From Leptogorgia sarmentosa (lineage: Eukaryota): DNA of 52,367 bases. The stretch is from assembly GCA_964658305.1 (NCBI GenBank), contig OZ210884.1, positions 8,432,001-8,484,367 on the forward strand, written 5' to 3'. A model generated the notes under the pieces. That model saw only the letters and a list, made by a program, of their open reading frames with translations, made no database searches and was not told the origin of the DNA. How positions within the stretch are numbered: the first letter of the stretch is position 1; every line of letters starts with the position of its first letter. A program made the translations under genes and the position numbers. Of this stretch, positions 1 through 7,900 are shown one piece after another.

Positions 1-793
1 CAGCCTAACCGAAGCCTTTTCCTGGCTAACCGCAACCTTTCCAGCCTAACCCCAGCCTTTTCCAGCCTAACCGCAACCTTTCCAGCCTAACCCCACCCTT
101 TTCCAGCCTAACCGCAACCTTTCCAGCCTAACCCCAGCCTTTTCCTGCCTAACCGCAGCCTTTCCAGCCTAACCGCAACCTTTCCAGCCTAACCCCAGCC
201 TTTCCAGCCTAACCCCAGCCTTTTCGTGCCTAACCGCAACCTTTCCTGCCTAACCCCACCCTTTTGCTGCCTAACCGCAACCTTTCCAGCCTAACCCCAG
301 CCGTTTCCTGCCTAACCGCAACCTTTCCAGCCTAACCGCAACCTTTCCAGCCTAACCGCAACCTTTCCAGCCTAATCGCAACCTTTCCAGCCTAACCGCG
401 GCCTTTTCCAACCTAACCGCAACCTTTCCAGCCTAACCCCGGCCTTTTCCAACCTAACCGCAACCTTTCCAGCCTAACCGCAGCCTTTCCAGCCTAACCG
501 CAACTTTCCAGCGTAACCGCAACCTTTCCAGCTTAACCGCAACCTTTTCCAGCCTAACCCCAGCCTTTCCCAGCCTAACCGCAACCTTTTCCAGCCTAAC
601 CCCAAGCTTTTCCAGCTTAACCGCAACCTTTTCCAGCCTAACCGTAACCTTTTCCAGCCTAACCCCAACCTTTTCCAGCCTAACCGCAACCTTTTCCAGC
701 CTAACCGCAACTTTTCCAGCCTAACCTCAACCTTTCCAGCCTAACCCCTGCCTTTTCCAGCCTAACCGCAACTTTTCCAGCCTAACCGCAACC
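1..793 (+). repeat. Telomere-like 20/21-bp satellite (41-bp dimer), C-rich strand on +
   Basis: Tandem CCTAACCGCAACCTTTCCAG / CCTAACCCCAGCCTTTTCCWG units visible directly. Confidence 0.97.
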
Positions 794-943
794 TTTTTTC
801 CGGCTGTGTGCATCGCTTGCAATAGTTGAAAAGCATCCGTGTGCCTCAATCCTTCTAGATACAAAATATGCCAGCGATTGGAAAGCATGAAACCGTCGAT
901 CACAAGTGCCTAAGTTTGTTAAATTTAACAACCTGGCCGCCAT
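794..943 (-). pseudogene. Truncated N-terminus of an unknown gene divergent from MFAP1 (MAARLLNLTNLG...SRKK), cut by satellite
   Basis: AAA-ATG-GCG start at 943 facing away from MFAP1; about 50 open codons rich in R/S/L/A; runs into satellite. Confidence 0.45.
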
Positions 944-1220
944 TTTCAATTTCAACTCGACACCAGGCCATTGTCTTCCCGCTTTCAGGGCTGAGAATTC
1001 AACCAATCACAAGGTAGGCGGGAAACATACTGATGTGATTTCGCTCCATTTTTTAATAGAGAGCTGTCAGTGTAACTGGGACCCAGTCCTCTGAATGATA
1101 AAACAGCTCGGCCAAGAAGACGCCATCTTGAATATACTGTAAAATAGATTAAAAAGATTTTCTTTTCTTTTAAAGTTTTTGAAACTAGACTGATGTAAAG
1201 GTACATTAAACAATCGCATC
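944..1220. promoter_or_regulatory. Bidirectional housekeeping-type promoter
   Basis: E2F-like TTCCCGC 976-982 and GGCGGGAAA 1017-1025, CCAAT box 1003-1007, YY1-like CGCCATCTTG 1121-1130, lying between two divergent ATGs. Confidence 0.6.
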
Positions 1221-1644
1221 ATGTCTGCTGCATCGAAATTCCCAATACAGTCAACGGCAGGAGCCGTGCCGGTTAAAAATGAGAAAGGTATTAAAGTAGA
1301 AACTAGAAATTATGTTTTATCACTATGAGTTCATTTTTTATTTTGAACGTGTGTATTTTGTCTGGAATTAAACTGATCGTTGTTGTTTGTGGTTGTTTTA
1401 AGGTGAATTGTCAATGCAGAAATTCAAAGTTACTACAAACTTCCTGCCACCATTATTTTACCTTTTTAAATTGTGCCCTTCTTTATATGAAGGCCCGTGT
1501 AAGTTGAAATGCTAATCAAGCCTGCTCTTTGCTAGGCCTGGGTATGCTCAATCATCCAGTGATGAAGATGATGAAGAAGAAAATGAATTTGTGCAAGAGC
1601 AGCGTGAACCTGTGGATATTCTCATGGACAGACGGTTGAAAGAG
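1221..1644 (+). pseudogene. MFAP1: MFAP1 (spliceosomal B-complex protein) 5' gene fragment, exons 1-3, copy 1
   Basis: Exon 1 1221-1287 MSAASKFPIQSTAGAVPVKNEK(G)|GT. Exon 2 from AG|1403 (G)ELSMQKFKVT, then homology and donor lost. Exon 3 AG|1536-1644|GT RPGYAQSSSDEDDEEENEF. Matches the conserved MFAP1 N-terminus PIQSTAGAVPVRNEKGEISMEKVKV...RPDYA..SSDEEDEEF (recalled). Confidence 0.9.
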
Positions 1645-1684
1645 GTGAGTGTTTTATACATCTTCCTTCATCACTATCTCATTT

Positions 1685-2267
1685 CCCTAACCCTAACCAC
1701 TTTTCCAGCCTAACCGCAACTTTTCCAGCCTAACCCCAACCTTTTCCAGCCAAACCCCAACCTTTTCCAGCCTAACCCCAACCTTTTCCAGCCTAACCCC
1801 AACCTTTTCCAGCCTAACCACAACCTTTTCCAGCTTAACCGCAACCTTTTCCAGCCTAACCGCAACCTTTTCCAGCCTAACGCCAACCTTTTCCAGCCTA
1901 ACCCCAACCTTTTCCAGCCTAACCCCAACCTTTTCCAGCCTAACCCCAACCTTTTCCAGCCTAACCCCACCCTTTTCCAGCCTAACCCCAACCTTTTCCA
2001 GCCTAACCCCAACCTTTTCCAGGCTAACCCCACCCTTTTCCAGCCTAACCCCAACCTTTTCCAGCATAGACCCAACCTTTTCCAGCATAGCCCCAACCTT
2101 TTCCAGCATAGCCCCAATCTTTTCCAGCATAGCCCCAACCTTTTCCAGCCTAACCCCAACCTTTTCCAGCCTAACCCCAACCTTTTCCAGCCTACACCCA
2201 ACCTTTTCCAGCCTACACCTAACCTTTTCCAGCCTAGCCCCAAGCTTTTCCAGCCAGCCTTTTCCTG
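1685..2267 (+). repeat. (CCCTAA)2CC followed by a homogeneous 21-bp satellite subfamily CCTAACCCCAACCTTTTCCAG
   Basis: Direct inspection; the 21-bp period produces the LEKVGVR/LGWKRLG pseudo-ORFs. Confidence 0.95.
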
Positions 2268-2299
2268 CCAGACTCGCTCTGTGCGGATGGTAGGGCACT

Positions 2300-2750
2300 T
2301 GACGAATCCTTTTGTTTTTTTTTCTTCTTCCTTGACTATTCTTGCTTTTTGACCCTTCTATAATGTTGGGATGTTGAAAAAAGCGATGAAAATAAATTTT
2401 GACGTCCGCGCATGCGCAATGGAGACTACGGACCTTGACGAAATTATTCTCGGTTTTTTCACTCAAAAATATTTTTTTTGTTTCTTCCTTGACTATTGTT
2501 GCTTTTTAATACTTTCACAATGTCTGGGATGCTGAAAAAAACGAAGAAAAACTGGTGAAAATAAATTTTGAAGTACGCGCATGCGCAATGCGCTTTACGA
2601 AATTAGTTTCGGTTTTTTTCACTCAAAACTTTTTTTTCCGTTTCTTCCTTGACAATTGTTACTTTTAACACTTTCACAATGTCTGGGATGTTGAAAAAAC
2701 GAAGAAAAAACGAAGAAAACAAATTTTGACGCACGCGCATGCGCAGTGAA
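2300..2750. repeat. Three ~160-170-bp subrepeats, each with palindromic GCGCATGCGCA (NRF1-type motif)
   Basis: Motifs at 2408-2418, 2577-2587, 2735-2745; shared TTCCTTGAC...GGGATGYTGAAAAAA...AAATTTTGA backbone. Confidence 0.85.
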
Positions 2751-2813
2751 ATTCACCAAACGAGTCCCACAACAACCACGCCACAAGAGTGCAACGTAGT
2801 TAAATACAAATCC

Positions 2814-3064
2814 GGAATATAGCTTATTGGTTATCATGCTACGACATTGCCTTTCGCCAAAGGACAAGGTGCTTATCACATATGGTCTAGGGGCCGATCT
2901 GCATCTCCCTGCTCTCTGAGTGTCCTGAATGTCAAAGTAATAGCTTGTTACCAGTCAAGACATAGCGGGCATCCCCGATGCGTTCCGGTTGCCTTAGTAA
3001 GTCCCTACTGGCGATCTACCAGACTCGTTCTGTGCGGATGGTAGGGCACTTGACGAATTCTTTT
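2814..3064 (+). ncRNA. Candidate structured Pol III ncRNA, family unidentified, copy 1
   Basis: TCACC PSE-like at 2753, A-box-like TAGCTTATTGG 2820-2830, nested helices, T4+T6 terminator at 3061-3073. Confidence 0.45.
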
Positions 3065-3125
3065 CGGTTTTTTCCTTGACTATTCTTGCTTTTTAACACT
3101 TTCGCAATGTCTGGGATGTTGAAGT

Positions 3126-3901
3126 CAACCTTTTCCTGCCTAACCGCAACCTTTCCAGCCTAACCCCAGCCTTTTCCAGCCTAACCCCAGCCTTTTCCAG
3201 CCTAACCGCAACCTTTCCAGCCTAACCGCAACCTTTCCAGCCTAACCGCAACCTTTCCAGCCTAACCTAACCCCAGCCTAACCCCAGCCTTTTCCTGCCT
3301 AACCCCAGCCTTTTCCAGCTAACCCCAGCCTTTTCCAGCCTAACCGCAACCTTTCCAGCCTAACCCCAGCCTTTTCCTGCCTAACCGCAACCTTTCCAGC
3401 CTAACCCCAGCCTTTTACTGCCTAACCACAACCTTTCAAGCCTAACCCCAGCCTTTTCCAGCCTAACCGCAACCTTTCCAGCCTAACCCCAGCCTTTTCC
3501 TGCCTAACCGCAACCTTTCCAGCCTAACCCCAGAATTTTCCAGCCTAACCGCAACCTTTCCAGCCTAACCACAGCCTTTTCCTGCCTAACCGCAACCTTT
3601 CCAGCCTAACCCCAGCCTTTTCGTGCCTAACCGCAACCTTTCCAGCCTAACCCCTGCCTTTTCCTGCCTAACCGCAACCTTTCCAGCCTAACCGCAGCCT
3701 TTTCCTGCCTAACCGCAACCTTTCCAGCCTAACCCCAGCCTTTTCGTGCCTAACCGCAACCTTTCCAGCCTAACCCCAGCCTTTTCCTGCCTAACCGCAA
3801 CCTTTCCAGCCTAACCCCAGCCTTTTCCTGCCTAACCGCAACCTTTCCAGCCTAACCCCAGCCTTTTCCTGCCTAACCGCAACCTTTCCAGCCTAACCCC
3901 A
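3126..3901 (+). repeat. 41-bp-dimer satellite
   Basis: Direct inspection. Confidence 0.97.
3894..3901 (+). other. Target-site duplication, left (TAACCCCA; 8-10 bp depending on terminus choice)
   Basis: Same sequence at 11847-11854; present once at empty sites 14412-14419 and 25797-25804. Confidence 0.8.
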
Positions 3902-4144
3902 GGGTTGTGGTTAAAGGGGATGGACGGGAGGTAGGTGACCGTGTGAGGTCTGGGTCTAGTTGCGTGTTTTCTTCGTGTTCGTGGTACACGCGAGAACAGA
4001 TTACTTTAGGAAAATTTGGAATTTTCCAAACATTCTCGCAGTTCAGATATTAATATAAAATAAAGATGATTTTTCGGTAAATTCGTATCAGCAACAGCAG
4101 CTACAGCAATTTATAGTACTTTATGGAGACGCGGAAAGGTATAT
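3902..4144 (+). repeat. Left terminal inverted repeat
   Basis: Reverse complement of ~11619-11846 with a few substitutions/indels and a ~15-bp CAGCAGCTACAGCAA insert. Confidence 0.95.
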
Positions 4145-4184
4145 AATTATAATATTATAATATATAAATGTATATAATATGAAC

Positions 4185-4190
4185 TTTATT
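4185..4190 (-). terminator. Putative polyadenylation signal of the transposase gene
   Basis: AATAAA on the minus strand about 40 nt after the stop codon at 4229. Confidence 0.5.
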
Positions 4191-4228
4191 ATCGCTACGT
4201 GTATTTAAATTACAAAGCTGTTAGCCTG

Positions 4229-4954
4229 TTATGAGATTATGAAAGACTTGATTCTGATTGCAACATTTTGTTCAATTAATGTATGTGGGAACATTGTCAG
4301 CACTTTGTTTTGAAGGCACTCATGCAAATGACTTCTCATTTGTGACTGGTCAAACATCACATTCTTTAAACAAATCCCTTTTGCTAAGGCAAGAGCATTT
4401 GCAATTGCAAAAAGACCACAATCATTTTTTCCTTTCTGGTTCTGACACATATATGCCTTCACCCTAACTGGTTGAAGCCCATCTTTGTTCTGGCCATAAA
4501 CGTGTAGGAGTTGACAAGCAAGCTTTGAAGAAATTGATGGCTCCATTGAGTCATACACTGTTATTCCTCCATTAGATGCACTTGATACAACCCAGTGCAT
4601 GTTGCCAGAATGGTGTATTTGGATACTTGTACCACACTCTGATGTTATTGGAAAAGATTTTCTACTGGCCACTTGTAATGAATTTGCTAAACCCTCTACA
4701 TTTGGGAACTGTTGGCGTATAAGATCTTGTGCAGAGTTGATGATACTGTCATTTAGCCATGCATGACTGCTTTGTAATATCTTCTCGTCTTCCTTGCGTA
4801 GCCCTAGTGAGGAAACCCACAATGCATCACTACTGGATTTTTCTGCACTGCTGCCTTGATTTGTTAAGTCAATTATGTTTTTTGATGGTTTTGTTGTGAA
4901 TGAACTTGCAGGAATTTTTTTTATAGGAACATTTACTCTGTATTGCTTCCTCAT
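4229..4954 (-). CDS. Ulp1-like (peptidase C48) cysteine protease domain
   Basis: WLNDSII, HWVV (His), VYDS (Asp), QNQKGKNDCGLFAIA (Gln oxyanion, Cys). Confidence 0.88.
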   Translation of the reverse strand: MRKQYRVNVPIKKIPASSFTTKPSKNIIDLTNQGSSAEKSSSDALWVSSLGLRKEDEKILQSSHAWLNDSIINSAQDLIRQQFPNVEGLANSLQVASRKSFPITSECGTSIQIHHSGNMHWVVSSASNGGITVYDSMEPSISSKLACQLLHVYGQNKDGLQPVRVKAYMCQNQKGKNDCGLFAIANALALAKGICLKNVMFDQSQMRSHLHECLQNKVLTMFPHTLIEQNVAIRIKSFIIS

Positions 4955-7900
4955 AATTTCTGCATGACGCCCAACTCATTTGGCGAATGGATGACGAGGT
5001 TTACCATATCTTCTTTCAGGGAGGCAATCTTTAACATCTTTTTTCACTTTCTTAGCTTTTTTTGACATCTTCATATTTTCCTCTCCCTTCATTGTAGATA
5101 CTGCTAACTTTCTTTTCTTTCCCTTTTTCTGACAATCTTCATGTTCCAAAACAATGCCATCATCTGATTTCACCAGTTGTTCAGTTTCTTGAAACATCTG
5201 TTGAAGTTGACCTTCAAGTTTCTCAAGGCTTGGCACATCCTTCAGCAAATAAGTCAGTCCGTTCAACTTCTTTAAAATAACTCTACATTTAGCCTGCATG
5301 AGTTTTCTGGTTGTTTTTCTTCTCGGTGGAAGATCTTGTGTCTTACCATGATTGTTCAAATCTTTTTCAGCTTCAATTGCACTTTCTGTGGTTGCACTAG
5401 TTGTGGTAATTTCTGATGCCCCTGTCAGTTACAAATCATCTGGCAAAAAATCTAAGATGGCATTGAACTTCAAACCTATACCATACCCAACAGTCAATGG
5501 ATTCAGAAGAGTAGTATAGAAGAATAGTACATTCTAATTTGTATTTTGTTATTCTTCACTTCAAGCAATCCAGCTTAATAGAACATTATAATTAATTAAA
5601 TGGACAAGCTGATACCATTTTGTTCTAATAAGTGTGCTTGTAGTTTGTAAAGGAGTGCTGATATTACAAAACAATGTACACTAACTGCATGAGAGCAAGG
5701 AAATTAAACTAAATCAGTAGCTGCCTTTTATTGACAGTTACTTTCAAAGACAATGCTGCAGTACTATAAACAAGTTTTAATAAAAATTACTCTCACTCTG
5801 ATAATTACAGGTCAATGATATTCCTCTGTATTACATTGTAAATGCTGTTCATGCACAACTTACCTGTTCTTGTTCCTGATAATTGTCTGGGCAGTCTCCT
5901 GGGGTTTGGTTTAGACAGACCTCATCTAAATTTAATATGGAGAGGCTTTTGTACAGCGGACTCAAATCATTCCATCTTTGTTCTGTATTTTTGAAGACAG
6001 CACAAAAATGTTTGCACAGAAGCTTGGTTTTGTTCCAGTCTGCACACTGGCAACTTGGATGGCTTGATTCATCTCCAAAACTAACAGTGTACCACTTGCT
6101 GGGGGTTGTTGTACTCTGAACAGAGTATTTTCCTTCTCCCATTTTTCTGATATTCTCGCTTGTGTACCAGCAATCTTTCCATCTTTTCAAAACATGGGCT
6201 ACAACAAATCTTGGTCTGTTCTTCAAAAACTCTGGAATATCTTCGTTGTACTTTCGATAGCCTGACGAATACTGGACGTTCAATGAGACATATCTGTGAA
6301 CAATGGTGGTGAATTTTAATTAGGAGATCTGATTAGAAGGACAGGGCTTGTCCTTTGTATGTTTTTCTAGTAGTTGCACGGCTAAAGCCTTAGATCCTTT
6401 AAAACTGTTATAAAGATTTCCACAACGATGATTATGAATATGCACTTACTTCAAATAAGAGTCAGGCAGAAAGTTTTCAATGACGACATTCAGCATTTCA
6501 CTTAGAGAGCAATTTTTGTAGCCAAGCAGATATTCATACTTTAATGCTTCGTTCTGACGCTCTACTCCATTATTTGTGTGGACTGCTACCTCCATGTCTT
6601 CGATACGGAATGCTTGTACCCATCTCTAAAGAATGCAAAATAGACGTCGAACTAATTCAGACGTCGAACTTTCCATGCGCCGAACCTTATGTTAATGAGC
6701 TAAGTTCTTTGTTTGAGCTCATTTGCATTAGGTTCGGCACATGAAAAGTTCGACATCTGAACTAGGCTCTAGGCTTCAAAAGCTGCTGCATTAAGTAAAT
6801 CGGAGAGTAACCGTAAATTCTTCGAAACTTTTTTCGTATTGGGAGAAAGTCGAATATAGCTTTTACAGTCAATATAATATTACACAGCAGTGTAATAGCC
6901 TTCAACCCACTAGTCACAACCTTATTCTGCGCACATCATTATCATGCTTGCATATTTTTTTAGAAGACAAATTCATTTTGTATGAACAGGCATACAAAAA
7001 ACCATCGATTTAGAAATATTTACCTTTGCACTTGGTAACCACTTTCCTTCTTGCCATCTTTGAAGTTTTAAGGACGATTTCCATATCGTACTTTCTTTCA
7101 TAATTTTCACAGCGTCTTCAAACTGTTGTATTGTGGTTGAGTGAGCAATAGAGCGAAGGTAGCGCAGAATCTCATCTCTATCCTGACTTACACCATGGTC
7201 AGATTTGCTGATCCATTCACTCCAAGCTTTCTCTCGATGGAAGTCGCACAAAAAAACAGTGCTTTCTACAATGAATATTTTATATTTTGTTGTGACTAGG
7301 ATTTTATTGATAATGCTACATGATAATGATTCCCGTTCATGGCTCACAATTCCCGCCCATTTTTTCATGCAGACGCAATGTTAATGTCCGAGATCATGTT
7401 TTTTCATTGTACTGTATGTTAGGACTCCAAACAGTTCAACATGTTGTAAATGTGTCCATGTGAATAAGCATTGTTAGCAGTAAAGTGCACTAAAAAATAT
7501 TCACTATAAAAAATGTATTCAATATTATTGTAATTATGTTTAGAAATGTTTTAATGTGATTTCTTTAGAAATTGACCACACTAAACTTACCAGGAAATAT
7601 AGATTCAATAGCCTGTATCTCCTCATCTGCAAAATCCACCATAAAGTTCTTTGGTTTCCACTCAGGGTTCCATTTTCGAAATATTTCTAGTGCTTCTTTG
7701 ATACTTTCAATGTCTTCTTGTTGAATGACGAAGAGACCAACAACTTGGTAACAAACATTAGTCTTTACACAAAGAAAAAAGAGGGGAAGTGCGTATCTTG
7801 TTGTTCGATAAGTGGCGTCGAGGAGGCACATGTTTCCATATCTTGCAAGTAGACGGCGTTGTTCCTTAGATTGGTAACAAAACAGCAGATTTTTGTGGTG

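Larger units (their letters stand above)
794..1684. repeat. Island A copy 1: captured host-gene 5' fragment (bidirectional promoter plus MFAP1 exons 1-3)
   Basis: Non-satellite block repeated near-identically at 22449-23339 and 32210-33100. Confidence 0.92.
2268..3125. repeat. Island B copy 1 (about 1.15 units of a 751-bp repeat)
   Basis: CCAGACTCGYTCTGTGCGGATGGTAGGGCACTTGACGAAT starts at both 2268 and 3019; island recurs 5 times. Confidence 0.93.

Noticed and set aside
1..793. True telomere tract
   Set aside because: Units are 20/21-mers containing CCTAACC, not tandem CCCTAA.
906..1507. ORFs 906-1094, 985-1206, 1325-1507
   Set aside because: Overlap promoter and intron sequence of the MFAP1 fragment; the real coding frame is spliced.
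1693..2466. Long repetitive ORFs (LEKVGVR)n / (LGWKRLG)n, also at 474, 12564, 22129, 23348, 33109, 41140, 45173
   Set aside because: By-products of a 21-bp satellite unit divisible by three; open in two frames at once; no gene context.
2619..3044. ORFs MISTLSFG... and MPFAKGQG... in island B
   Set aside because: Short, no recognisable motifs, and altered by a 1-bp indel in copies 4 and 5.
2814..3064. Assignment of the RNA to tRNA, RNase MRP, 7SK, telomerase RNA, hammerhead or twister
   Set aside because: A-box but no B-box or cloverleaf; AAGTCCC/GGGCAC too close together for MRP P4; GATC motifs not in the 7SK arrangement; no CUAACCC template; no CUGANGA/GAAA core; no convincing twister stems.
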